Positions 29,291-38,918 of a stretch of 47,323 bases of DNA are shown one piece after another. The stretch covers positions 1-47,323 of the forward strand of contig CASEWU010000153.1 in the NCBI GenBank assembly GCA_949291725.1. The letters run 5' to 3'. Source of the DNA: an uncultured Bacillota bacterium (GTDB taxonomy: Bacteria; Bacillota; Clostridia; Christensenellales; Borkfalkiaceae). Made by a program: the position numbers and the translations under genes. Every line of letters begins with the position of its first letter. The stretch's first letter is position 1. The notes beneath the pieces were generated by a model that saw only the letters and a list, made by a program, of their open reading frames with translations, was not told where the DNA came from and did not search any database.

Positions 29291-30520
29291 TTACGGGACA
29301 TAATCGAACTTTTTGATCTCATCCAGTTGTAGTTGTTCGTTGAACTCCAAGTGAGTATAAATCAAGCTCGTTACGCTCGAATCGGGAGCGTGCCCCACCC
29401 ACAAAGAAACGATCTCTCTGCGGATAGCAACTTCCTGCGCGCGCGTGATAAAGGTATGACGCAGATCGTGCGTGCGATGTCCTTCAAAGTAATCTTTTAC
29501 ATGGCGCGCAATGGCATCCGAGCTTAGCTTAACGATTTTATCCGTTTGAATAAGCGGCAAAAATCGCTTCAAATTGGGCGATACGGGAATACGCCGTATT
29601 TTGTCTTTTAAGCCCTTTCTACCCTTTAACGATACAGCACGCACCCAGTTCCCTTCCATTGTCACAGACGCCAGTTCTCCGACGCGTAACCCCGTATACA
29701 GAAGGAATACGAGCGCCTGCGCGTAAATGCTGCCCGTCCGTTGCAGTTCATCAAGCAAGTGTCTCTCTTCCACGCGCGTGAGCGGCATTCCTACCCTCTT
29801 GTCATACTTGGGCAAAACGATCTTGTCCATCGGATTGCGCGGGATCACTCCGTCCGCCACCGCATACTTAAAGCAAGGCATCAACAGGTTATAGATTTTT
29901 TCCGCCGTTCGGAAATGCCCTTGCGATGTAAAACCGTTGATGTATTGCTGCAAGAAAAAGCTGTCTACGTCTGCAATCTCCATGTTGGCAAACACAGGGG
30001 AAATATTTGCGCGAAAATTGTATACATATTCAGAGTAAGTTCTTTCCTTTATGTACGGCATCTTTACAGTTTCCAGCCAGCGCAGGAAATAGTCGTTAAA
30101 CATCACCTTTTGATTTTCCGACTTGCGCCTGCGTTTTCCGCAGTTGTTGAGACTGTCAATAAATTTCTGCTTAGCGGTTTCAAGATCTTTCGACGAACCC
30201 GAATAGCGCACGCCGTCGATCATACAGCGCACCTCGTAAACGTTTCCTTTGCGCATAATGATATGCGCGATCACTTTGTTATATTTGAAAATATTTTTGA
30301 ATTTTTGCGGCATTTTGCTTATCTCCTTTTGGGTAAATTTAACTGCCGCTTTTTTGCCTTTGTTTTTCTCTTTTGCAGGTCTTTCTCCGATGAGCTTGGC
30401 GATGTTCTCAAGGGTAATCGTTTGATTTGCCGCCTTGATCACTTCGCAAAGCTGTTCATCGGAACAGTCTTTGTTGTTTCTGAGTTCATGTACAATGTTT
30501 AATAATTCTTCCTGTGTCAC
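29291..30520 (-). CDS. Tyrosine recombinase/integrase
   Basis: YTGLRVGE (R), HDLRH (HxxR), WVGH, IYTH (Y); N-terminal arm-binding/SAM-like region; GTG start after AAGGAG. Confidence 0.95.
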   Translation of the reverse strand: MTQEELLNIVHELRNNKDCSDEQLCEVIKAANQTITLENIAKLIGERPAKEKNKGKKAAVKFTQKEISKMPQKFKNIFKYNKVIAHIIMRKGNVYEVRCMIDGVRYSGSSKDLETAKQKFIDSLNNCGKRRRKSENQKVMFNDYFLRWLETVKMPYIKERTYSEYVYNFRANISPVFANMEIADVDSFFLQQYINGFTSQGHFRTAEKIYNLLMPCFKYAVADGVIPRNPMDKIVLPKYDKRVGMPLTRVEERHLLDELQRTGSIYAQALVFLLYTGLRVGELASVTMEGNWVRAVSLKGRKGLKDKIRRIPVSPNLKRFLPLIQTDKIVKLSSDAIARHVKDYFEGHRTHDLRHTFITRAQEVAIRREIVSLWVGHAPDSSVTSLIYTHLEFNEQLQLDEIKKFDYVP

Positions 30521-30738
30521 TTCTCCTTATGATTTATTTGTGCGGATCGCGGCAATGCCGCTCACAAATTGCTCCTGTCCGTATTTTCGCGCACGCGGCG
30601 ATTACAGCGACGGCTCGTTCACGCCATGATCGCTTCTCGCCGCATGACTGCGAATTCATTCAGTTGTGATTTCCGCATTTCTTATAGTCGTCCGTCTCCT
30701 GAACGAGAGACTTCCCACGTTCCCTAAGTTTTTGCGAT

Positions 30739-31044
30739 TCAGTTGTCTTTCTTCTGCTTTTCAAAGGCTTCCAACTCGCTCGAAAAGAAATCGTCATAGC
30801 CGTCCACAAGTTTGCCGAGCGCAAGATTGTGTTCCGCTGCATCGTCCTGCAAGGCTTTGTACCCCGCCTCGATCAACTGTACTTTCGTATAGCCGTACCG
30901 TTTCAAAAACGAATTGATCTCCTCGAAAAGCTCCCGCGGGATCATCGTCCCGAAGTTCCCGCTCTTTTGCTTTCTTTGCTCTTTGTTCCTCTCCTCATAC
31001 CGCCTGCGAGTTTCGCGCATAGGTGTGTTCTCTTTTCTCTCCAT
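30739..31044 (-). CDS. Putative ribbon-helix-helix / antitoxin-like DNA-binding protein (101 aa)
   Basis: RRRYEERNK...NFGTMIPRELFEEINSFLKRYGYTKVQLIEAG pattern; GGAGG RBS before MERKE. Confidence 0.6.
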   Translation of the reverse strand: MERKENTPMRETRRRYEERNKEQRKQKSGNFGTMIPRELFEEINSFLKRYGYTKVQLIEAGYKALQDDAAEHNLALGKLVDGYDDFFSSELEAFEKQKKDN

Positions 31045-31046
31045 CT

Positions 31047-31181
31047 TTATCCCTCCGTAACTGCGCAAACAATTAAACCAATAAAATTTGCCGCCAAATG
31101 TCCCACGAACAACACCCCTATCAGCGCAACCTTCAGCATCGTACCGACCACTTTTCCACTTGCATGCAATACTGTTTTCAT
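31047..31181 (-). CDS. Small hydrophobic membrane peptide (44 aa)
   Basis: AAGGAG RBS 8 nt upstream; MKTVLHASGKVVGTMLKVALIGVLFVGHLAANFIGLIVCAVTEG; stop 2 nt before the next start. Confidence 0.65.
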   Translation of the reverse strand: MKTVLHASGKVVGTMLKVALIGVLFVGHLAANFIGLIVCAVTEG

Positions 31182-31202
31182 TTGCATCTCTCCTTTTATA
31201 TT

Positions 31203-31243
31203 TATCGTATCGATACGATACCACACTTTTTGCATTTTGTCAA
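31203..31243 (-). promoter_or_regulatory. Promoter with a palindromic operator over the -10 box
   Basis: TTGACA-17-TATCGT; perfect 18-bp palindrome TATCGTATCGATACGATA at 31203-31220. Confidence 0.7.
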
Positions 31244-31390
31244 GCCTCTTCCCCAATTTTTTTGAAAAGGCGGGTTTCCCGCTTTTCTTTTTGCGGAAAG
31301 CAAAATCCGCCGAAAGTGGGAATTATCCCACTTTCCTTAACCTGCTTCCTTTTTTGGGCAAAATCGTACCACCTCCCCGTTCCTTTTTGC

Positions 31391-32131
31391 TTACCCTTTT
31401 TGACCGTATTTTTGTTCATACCGTTTTATAAGACGGTAAATATCGCACTCGTTTTGCAGATCCGTCTCTGCCTTTAACTTTGCGGTAACGTCTGCCCAAT
31501 CCAGTGCTGTTTTATACCGCTCTGCACTTCCGAACAAGTCCCCCTGCAAATCGGGATGAGAGCTTCTGAACTGTTCATACGTCAAGGGCAGTGCGGATAC
31601 TTCCTCCGCGGAACTTTCTTGTAAAGGGCAAGCATTCTTCGGTATACTATCCGTTTCCATGGTCGGCACCTTGCGCTTTTTGCTTATTCCTCCCTTACTT
31701 CCGCTGCTCTTTCGTTTTTTGGAAGTATCCATTTTCAGCCTGCAAAGATTGAAGTATCCCTGTATGCTCACATCCTTGAACTGCGGCTCAGTCCCTTGAA
31801 ACATATAGCCGCAAATTGCCTTGACAAACGCACCCAACTCATTTCCCTTCAATAACTTCATTGCATCAAAATACGTTTCATAGAACGTAAAATGCTCCGA
31901 ACGAAGGTTATACCTCTTGAGCGACCTGCCGTTGCTTTCTGCCTCCTTCACCTCTGCAAGCATGTCCGCAATGTTGTTCCAGTAAAAACGTTCTTTACCG
32001 TTCAACTTCTCTTCCGGCAGCTTGTCCTCGAACTCGTACTCACATATCCGCATTGCAAACTTGCCCGCATCCGTATCGTTCATTCCGTCTAAAATGTCCG
32101 AATACAACTTGTAAAATGTAAATTGCCTCAA
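31391..32131 (-). CDS. Protein with two tandem DUF6291-like (phage replication initiator N-terminal) domains
   Basis: Repeated FTFY..Y.D....GxFxxxICxYxF motif, then KRKSSGSKGG. Confidence 0.75.
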   Translation of the reverse strand: MRQFTFYKLYSDILDGMNDTDAGKFAMRICEYEFEDKLPEEKLNGKERFYWNNIADMLAEVKEAESNGRSLKRYNLRSEHFTFYETYFDAMKLLKGNELGAFVKAICGYMFQGTEPQFKDVSIQGYFNLCRLKMDTSKKRKSSGSKGGISKKRKVPTMETDSIPKNACPLQESSAEEVSALPLTYEQFRSSHPDLQGDLFGSAERYKTALDWADVTAKLKAETDLQNECDIYRLIKRYEQKYGQKG

Positions 32132-32307
32132 CCCATCTCCTCCTTGTGTTTTATTTTGCCGATGTTTTACGGCGCTTCGGCTTTGCCCTATCTTGCTACT
32201 TCATTTTCCACCTCCCGCATCTTTGTGATAAGGAAATTTATCAAACTACCCCTACATATAACATCGTGAAATTTCACCCTACTAACTTTGACGTTTTTTA
32301 AAAAAAT

Positions 32308-32333
32308 ATAGCCGAGCATCTCTGCTCGGCTAT
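32308..32333 (-). terminator. Terminator after the HTH protein
   Basis: ATAGCCGAGCA/TGCTCGGCTAT stem with an A-rich run on its left. Confidence 0.7.
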
Positions 32334-32345
32334 CTGAAGTCCTAT

Positions 32346-33365
32346 CTATTTACTTGTAAATTCCCCGTGAATAATCAAATTCTCCTCTCTGTCGTCGTCT
32401 TCCGCATCCCACACAAAATGAAGATAATTTTCTCCCCAATACGTAAACCGTGTATAAGTTTCCTCTGTTCTGAGATTAAAAATGGTTATCTTTGGATTAT
32501 CCTCGCTCCCTTCTAACACCCCTCCGAATGGAATCCCGAACAGTGTGAAGGCAACTTCACGCTCAGCAAAATCAATTTTGAATTTCTTTGTTCCGTCGGA
32601 AGACAATTCTCCGGGGCGGCAGTCATACAGCTCTCCTGTCTTATAGTTAATCCTTATGTACTCAACCGGTGTCTCTTTCCCGTCCTTTTTCGATATGAAA
32701 TGACGATACCTGATCGCAAGGTACTTTGGATTTCTTATACACGCAGACTCATCTTTCTTAAAATGTTTAAGATATCTCCCTCGCACTTTACGACGATAAC
32801 TTTTTGAGATGTACAAATCCTGCAAGTCAAAACATCCCTTGTTTTTGTAGCTGTACTCCTCCCAATCCCAGTCACGAAAACCTGCCCTGTTTTTGACATC
32901 GTAAAGCATTCCTATCGTCAACCCCGAACCAAACTTTTCGACAGGCGGGCCGATATACCGATAAGAATTATGCCGCTGCTTGCCCTGTTTGTCGAACGTT
33001 GGTTGTACATCGATCAGACCTTCATCCTTCAAACTCTTCATGAGCAGCTGTATCGTGCGTTTGGACACGGCAAGTTTATTGGCGAGATTATCTAAACTTA
33101 TCGGCTTTCCGTTCCGACGGATAATATAGTTTACAACCATCTCTCGCCGTTCTTCAGGTGTTGCCTTTCGCATCAGAAACTGCGGCGGAGCATGATTATA
33201 ATTATTGTTGTAATACACGGGATTTTCGATCTCCACAAAGCCGAATTTGTTCTTGTGGACTGTCATATCCCCAGGCTCACCGAGAGTGTGCTTATTGTGC
33301 CTTTTCCTCTTCTTTACCTTTTCTTCCCCCGTTCCGCAGCTGTTTTTTTCCATTTCTCTCTCCAA
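32346..33365 (-). CDS. Winged-HTH protein, possible replication initiator
   Basis: ISLDNLANKLAVSKRTIQLLMKSLKDEGLI...GKQRHNSY resembles HTH_36-type initiators. Confidence 0.65.
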   Translation of the reverse strand: MEREMEKNSCGTGEEKVKKRKRHNKHTLGEPGDMTVHKNKFGFVEIENPVYYNNNYNHAPPQFLMRKATPEERREMVVNYIIRRNGKPISLDNLANKLAVSKRTIQLLMKSLKDEGLIDVQPTFDKQGKQRHNSYRYIGPPVEKFGSGLTIGMLYDVKNRAGFRDWDWEEYSYKNKGCFDLQDLYISKSYRRKVRGRYLKHFKKDESACIRNPKYLAIRYRHFISKKDGKETPVEYIRINYKTGELYDCRPGELSSDGTKKFKIDFAEREVAFTLFGIPFGGVLEGSEDNPKITIFNLRTEETYTRFTYWGENYLHFVWDAEDDDREENLIIHGEFTSK

Positions 33366-33716
33366 ATGCGAACATTTGTTTGTATTATAGCAGGCGACAG
33401 TGCTTATGTCAAGGCGAGCAGGCTAACAAACCAATCAAAATTTAAATAATTTTCTATTATCCTTTATCTTACAATAATCTCTTTAAAAAATCATTATACT
33501 TATTTTCACTTTTAAACCTTTCTATTTCTGCTTGTCGGAAAGCGATCTCTTATTGCTACCGTTTTTGATATTACAAAACAAGATTTTAAGCATATAGATG
33601 ATTGGCATTTTCGAGAAAATTTTACTTTTTTCTCCTCAAAAATATTCCGTTGATTTTCCACCACACAATAATTGCAACTGCTTCGTTTCAACAACTTTAA
33701 CTTTTCAATGCTTCAT

Positions 33717-34130
33717 CTAATTTTTAATCTCGTATTCTTTATAAACTTTAAAGGCTGATTGTAAAGCTATAAAATGACGAGGTGTAAACTTAATATTTGT
33801 TGATTTACCCTTTAATTTTATTTGAATTGTAATATATTCGTTTTTTTTCGGCTCAACGATAGTATGCTCAATTTGATCCTCAAAAGTATCAAGATTTTTA
33901 GCACAATATCTATATTCCGCAGCACAATTTGGACAAAGGCACAACGTATTCCATCCTGTATCAATATTATTTAAGAGTTGCTTATCTAAGTGCGCTGTAC
34001 TAACAATGTTGATAGCCTCAAAATAAACATCCCCCTTGTACTTTCTTATCGGTTCCCGTCCACATATCTGACAAACACCTTTATACTCCTCTTTAATGAA
34101 TTGCTTTTCTATTGGCGATGTCTTTGTTAT
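33717..34130 (-). pseudogene. 3' remnant of an HNH-like nuclease gene
   Basis: Frame extends past the listed ORF: EKQFIKEEYKGVCQICG...YFEA...WNTLCLCPNC; no start codon; overlaps the DUF4238 gene end out of frame. Confidence 0.7.
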
Positions 34131-35079
34131 ACTGTCTAAAAACCTCCTTAGGAAATTTTCTAATTCTCACACTTGCAGAACAAGTTTTCTTTTTTTCAAA
34201 ATAGAATTCCTTAACATGTACACACGATCTAACCAAATAATATGTGCATAACAGCTCTTTTTCCATATTTTCACCTAAAATTACAGATAAATAAGGATCT
34301 GGCATACCATTTCCATATTTTCCCCCAAACCTTGATAATGTGTTATAATATGTCTTCTCGTCTAAATAATATTTACTTTTAACTAAAAACAGCGCTGTCT
34401 TAGGTGAAATCGGTACATAGAAATACAAAAAGTCCGAATCCATTGTATTTTCTATGATACAAAATCGATTAGAAATACATAAAATTGGTTGTTCCGCGCG
34501 CGCAATCACTATGTGCATTCCCATAGTATATTTACTATATATGTAACTTGGTTCGATATAATTAGATTCAATCCATGATTGAATATCATCTTTCATCGAA
34601 TCAATTTTTCTAAAATCATCCATAATCTGTTGTGTAATTTCAACAGCCTGAGTTTGGGTATCTACCCTATGTACCCCCCATAAATACTGATTGCTTTGAT
34701 AAATCCCAGATTCATCTTCTTTTATTACTTCGCAAGTAAATTCGTGTCTACTCCCACATAATACACAATACAATTTTAATAACTCTAACTCTTTTCCTGA
34801 TAAAACCACTTCTAAATCAGCTTCATCAATCCGCTTTATGATCTCACAAATTTTGCTTTCAAAAACCTGAATGCAATCTTCCAATATGCTATTCTTTTCC
34901 CCTAATGAATAGTAGAACGGTAAAGAAAACACATTGCGTTCTATATCCACGATCTGATTTTTCTGCTTATCATACAGTCGTCCTTTAAAATTAATCCATT
35001 TTTTTATATGGAAAAATGGATATAAATGATTGTTCTTTTTCACATTGTTTTTCTTATTCGTTTTTGATTTCATTCGCAT
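34093..35079 (-). CDS. DUF4238-like protein, possibly C-terminally truncated
   Basis: N-terminal NHLYPFFHIKKW, YYS...LEDCIQVFESK, ISNR and YVPISPKTAL motifs; very AT-rich. Confidence 0.7.
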   Translation of the reverse strand: MRMKSKTNKKNNVKKNNHLYPFFHIKKWINFKGRLYDKQKNQIVDIERNVFSLPFYYSLGEKNSILEDCIQVFESKICEIIKRIDEADLEVVLSGKELELLKLYCVLCGSRHEFTCEVIKEDESGIYQSNQYLWGVHRVDTQTQAVEITQQIMDDFRKIDSMKDDIQSWIESNYIEPSYIYSKYTMGMHIVIARAEQPILCISNRFCIIENTMDSDFLYFYVPISPKTALFLVKSKYYLDEKTYYNTLSRFGGKYGNGMPDPYLSVILGENMEKELLCTYYLVRSCVHVKEFYFEKKKTCSASVRIRKFPKEVFRQYNKDIANRKAIH

Positions 35080-35100
35080 TTTTCTTTAATAATGAAATAA

Positions 35101-37380
35101 TTACATAGCCGTTTTCGGATTTAATTTCTTATAATACTGCTCTAATTTTGAATCACAAACCTGCAAAATACGCTGCTTATCTTTGTCTGCGAGGTGTTTC
35201 CAAACTGAAGGCTCCACTTCTATTATCCCAATCGTTTTGGTGTGCCGCATCATGTTCATATCCTCAAAGCGCTTGAACGGATTGGACAATATGTTGCGCA
35301 CCGCCTCTTTATCCGTGTAATTTCCCTTTGCGAAGATACTGTTATGTTTTTCGACGACCTCTCCGCGCGCTCGCCTGTCTTCGTAAAACGCTCTGAAATA
35401 TGTGACGATATCGTCGATTTTCACCCGTCCCTGCTTGTCCGCATTTTGCAAAATTGCTTTGAGCAGAACGGGCTTATACGAGTAGCTCATATCCATATCA
35501 TCGACCATTTCCATAAACAGGTTTTTACGGTTTTGATCGTCGATCAGCGTCCACCCGTATTCTTTGGCGTAGCGTTCCAAAGATTCTTCTTTGAAATACT
35601 TGAACACCCTATGTTCGCTCATCGGCACGATCAGATCGGGAATCAGTTTTCCTTCGCGAACATACCTTTCAACCGTCTCCGACTGCACATCCACGCGCCG
35701 AACAAACTCCATTTGACTGATCATGCCCGCCGCCTCTTCCTGCCAATTAAAGATGTCGACCACCTCATAATCGGTTGCATCGACAGGATAATCAATGACA
35801 GCATCCGGACGTTCCCCTTTTGCATAGAGATCATTCTCGGCTTCCCGCTCCCCCTTTTTGCCTAACACGAGCCCGCCAGCGCGGTAATCCTTCAAACGGA
35901 AAAGTCTGTGCAGAGAATATGGCGCGTTATATTGTCCGGCATTATCCACGAAATCAAACACCATCAAATACTCTTTCCCTTCGCTTAGGCGCATGCCCCT
36001 TCCTAACTGCTGCGTATAGAGCACTTTCGACATTGTAGGACGAGCCATAAACAAAACTTCCGTCTCGGGACAATCCCAGCCTTCGTTGAGAAGATCGCAG
36101 GCACATAATACCTTTAACTCTCCCATTGCGAATTTTGCAAGCAATTCATTCCTTTCCGAAGTTTTCATACTGCCCGAAACGGCTTCGGCGGATACCCCTT
36201 TTTCTTTGAAGATTGCCGCAATCTGTTCCGCGTGCTTTACGGATGCGCAGAAAACCACCGTTCGCTTGTCCTTGACGTAATCCAGCCACGTTTTGACGAT
36301 CAGTGCGTTCCGTTCAGTTACACAAATCTTGACATCGAGATCCCGAACATTATACTGCACGCTGTTAAAGCGCACCTGCGTCATATCGATATTCGTATGA
36401 ATTCGGATGCACCGCACGTCCACAAGCGCACCGATCTCTACCGCCGTCCGAATGTCCAGCTTGTGCGCCGTATTTTTGAAGATCTCGAGAATATTCGTAT
36501 CGTCCGCACGCTCAGGCGTTGCGGTAAGTCCCAATAAAAACTTCGGTTTGAAGTATGCCAACACCTTCTGGTAAGTGTCCGCCGTGGCGTGGTGCGCCTC
36601 GTCGATAATGATATAATCGAAGTCGTCCTCTTTAAACATGTCCAAGTTCAAAGCAATACTCTGAATGCTTCCACACACGATATCTTTATCGAGCTCCTTG
36701 ACACTGTCGGCGAATTTTCCGACACTTGCCCCTTTCCAAAGGGCTTGAAACGTCTGATATGCCTGATTGACGAGCTCCATCGTATGCGCGACGAAGAGGG
36801 TTCGCCCGCCCACGCTCTTTGCGTCCATTACGGCGGTGATCGTCTTTCCCGTTCCCGTCGCCTGATATAAAAGGGCGATGGACTCCTTGTTTTCACGCAT
36901 CACTTGGAGATTTCGGAGTGCTTCCTGTTGGTACTCACGAAGTTCGAGTTTCTCTCCGTCAAAAGACTGTCCGCGTTGCGTCGGCAGATAATCCTCAATT
37001 TCACGGAATCCCCTCTCCGAGCCCAAAAATAAGCGCAATTCGTCCTTGACGGTATCCGGCTGCTTTTGCATCTGCCTTACCGTCCAGCGATATACATCCC
37101 AGCCGAGATGAATCATGCTGTTCTGTTTTAATAAGTCGTCTGTAAATTTATCTTGAGATACAAGTTTCGGATTGTGCGAAGCCTCGTCGTCTATCTCGAC
37201 GGCGATCCTTTTTGCTCCGCTTTCACATACAAAATCAGCAAACCGTGCGTTCTGGTAGATATCGAAAAACGGATATTGCGAATATAAAAACCCCGCCTTC
37301 TCCGCGCCAAACGTATCGGCGAAAAGGTCAATAAAAAGATCCTCCGCCCTGCTGCCGGAAACAGATTTCAACTCCCCCAT
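35101..37380 (-). CDS. Vsr/DUF559-like nuclease fused to an SF2 (ResIII-type) DEAH helicase with C-terminal DNA-binding domains
   Basis: ADF...IAVEIDDEASH...KQNSM..LGWDVYRW; LREYQ, ATGTGKT, DEAHH, GLTAT, QQLGRG; C-terminal SYSYKPVLLKAIL. Confidence 0.9.
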   Translation of the reverse strand: MGELKSVSGSRAEDLFIDLFADTFGAEKAGFLYSQYPFFDIYQNARFADFVCESGAKRIAVEIDDEASHNPKLVSQDKFTDDLLKQNSMIHLGWDVYRWTVRQMQKQPDTVKDELRLFLGSERGFREIEDYLPTQRGQSFDGEKLELREYQQEALRNLQVMRENKESIALLYQATGTGKTITAVMDAKSVGGRTLFVAHTMELVNQAYQTFQALWKGASVGKFADSVKELDKDIVCGSIQSIALNLDMFKEDDFDYIIIDEAHHATADTYQKVLAYFKPKFLLGLTATPERADDTNILEIFKNTAHKLDIRTAVEIGALVDVRCIRIHTNIDMTQVRFNSVQYNVRDLDVKICVTERNALIVKTWLDYVKDKRTVVFCASVKHAEQIAAIFKEKGVSAEAVSGSMKTSERNELLAKFAMGELKVLCACDLLNEGWDCPETEVLFMARPTMSKVLYTQQLGRGMRLSEGKEYLMVFDFVDNAGQYNAPYSLHRLFRLKDYRAGGLVLGKKGEREAENDLYAKGERPDAVIDYPVDATDYEVVDIFNWQEEAAGMISQMEFVRRVDVQSETVERYVREGKLIPDLIVPMSEHRVFKYFKEESLERYAKEYGWTLIDDQNRKNLFMEMVDDMDMSYSYKPVLLKAILQNADKQGRVKIDDIVTYFRAFYEDRRARGEVVEKHNSIFAKGNYTDKEAVRNILSNPFKRFEDMNMMRHTKTIGIIEVEPSVWKHLADKDKQRILQVCDSKLEQYYKKLNPKTAM

Positions 37381-37381
37381 T

Positions 37382-37705
37382 TTAATCCTCGATCACTTTT
37401 GTAAGTAAAATTTTCTTTTCAAAGCCGCCGCGCGTTTCTCTTTTCTTTATCCGCGACTGCTCCAATTCCTCTATCGAATACCCGCGCGCCGAAGCAGCCG
37501 CATAGAGTACTTCCAATAAGTCGGCAAGTTCCTCCAAATTCTTATCCCTATGATATTCGGCGAGCTCCTCGTCGAGCTTTTTATCCAGCATTTCCAAATA
37601 TTCCATGTCGGACAAAATTTTCGTCTCGTATTGCTTCCCCGCTTCCTCTATAATTTGCGGAATCTTGTCCCGTACGAGTTTATTGTAAAGTATTTCTTTC
37701 ATCAT
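37382..37705 (-). CDS. MazG-like / PRA-PH-family nucleoside triphosphate pyrophosphohydrolase
   Basis: YNKLVRDKIP, KLDEELAEY, EELADLLEV, KRETRGGF. Confidence 0.9.
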   Translation of the reverse strand: MMKEILYNKLVRDKIPQIIEEAGKQYETKILSDMEYLEMLDKKLDEELAEYHRDKNLEELADLLEVLYAAASARGYSIEELEQSRIKKRETRGGFEKKILLTKVIED

Positions 37706-37727
37706 TCTCCTCCTTGATCCGCCGCTA

Positions 37728-38918
37728 TTATTCACCGCCCAACGTTTCTGCTTCTTGCTCTAACTTGCAGTTCTCCTTTAACATAAAGGCAATCACTTCC
37801 TGGAAGATTGGACTTCTAATTTTCTGTAGACGCGAAACATCGTTTTTCGTAAGCTCTTTCCAATACGGCTTATATTTGCGAAGTGTATCCACATTCATCA
37901 TCAGCGGCGCAAACGGTATACCCGTTGCCGTCCGCAAATGCTCGAAGATGTAAAATCCACCTGCATCGATGTCTCCATAGTGAAAATATTTTTTAGCTGG
38001 CTCTGCCCCATAAACCTTCATCAGAAATTCTCTGCGCAAGTGGTTACAAAACCCACCCAAATACACGGCACATACGTTCGGTTCAGAAAAGGAAAAGAAC
38101 GACGTTAGATTTTCGATCGTAACAATTTTTTCGTCCTGTATCTTTACCGAAACAATTTTTTTTACATCAGTGGTCGATATTCCAACACCGCCGTCCAACC
38201 CTGCGGCATCCAAGCACTTTCCGTCTTTCCAAAAAATCGATACATTCCCCTTGATGTGAATATAGGAAGGAGTTTTCAGCAAACCAAGCTCATCGAAAAC
38301 ACTTTCCTTTTCCGAAAAATCTCCGTACTTATACAGCAAGGAACTGATTTTTCCCTGCAACAGTTCAAACTTTTTAGAATCGCCGAATTGCTTTACGGAG
38401 AAATTCCGATAATACATTTCCTGCGGAAGTTTTTTCAAGGCAATGCAACACGCAAGAATGGATTTTAACTCTTCATAATCCCCATCAAAAAACTCTACCG
38501 CTTTATTTTGCTCAAGATTTTCCAGCTGTTTTTTACAGTACTTTTCAACCGTTCCATCCCCGCCGCCCATAAATGTTGTCAATAATTCTGTAAGTTTCTG
38601 GCGTCGATCGGATTTCTTTTCTCTGCCTAAAAACAAATATATTTGGGACAGGACATCCTCATTTTGCGGAAGCGTAACGTCCGAATATGTATGATTTGAA
38701 GAACGCTTCGCAACGATCCAGCCTTTTGAAATAAGTTCTTCGATCGCCTCGTTTACCTTTTCACGTAATTCAAACGCTTCATTGTCAAAATATTTCGGAA
38801 ATACCTTATCCGTGGTAAGCTTTAAGGAGACACGGATCTGATTGTTTCCGTCCGACACTTTACTGTGTTCGTACTTATCAAGCAAGCTTATAAGTATTTC
38901 TTTTATATACTGTTTCAT
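37728..38918 (-). CDS. jetD: Wadjet JetD (DUF3322/DUF2220 Toprim nuclease)
   Basis: IVTIENLTSF, YLGGF, HYGDIDAGGFYI, KLEQE; follows the SMC gene with ATGA overlap. Confidence 0.92.
   Translation of the reverse strand: MKQYIKEILISLLDKYEHSKVSDGNNQIRVSLKLTTDKVFPKYFDNEAFELREKVNEAIEELISKGWIVAKRSSNHTYSDVTLPQNEDVLSQIYLFLGREKKSDRRQKLTELLTTFMGGGDGTVEKYCKKQLENLEQNKAVEFFDGDYEELKSILACCIALKKLPQEMYYRNFSVKQFGDSKKFELLQGKISSLLYKYGDFSEKESVFDELGLLKTPSYIHIKGNVSIFWKDGKCLDAAGLDGGVGISTTDVKKIVSVKIQDEKIVTIENLTSFFSFSEPNVCAVYLGGFCNHLRREFLMKVYGAEPAKKYFHYGDIDAGGFYIFEHLRTATGIPFAPLMMNVDTLRKYKPYWKELTKNDVSRLQKIRSPIFQEVIAFMLKENCKLEQEAETLGGE

Noticed and set aside
35101-37380. Type III or type I restriction subunit
   Set aside because: No cognate methyltransferase or specificity gene; nuclease type and domain order differ
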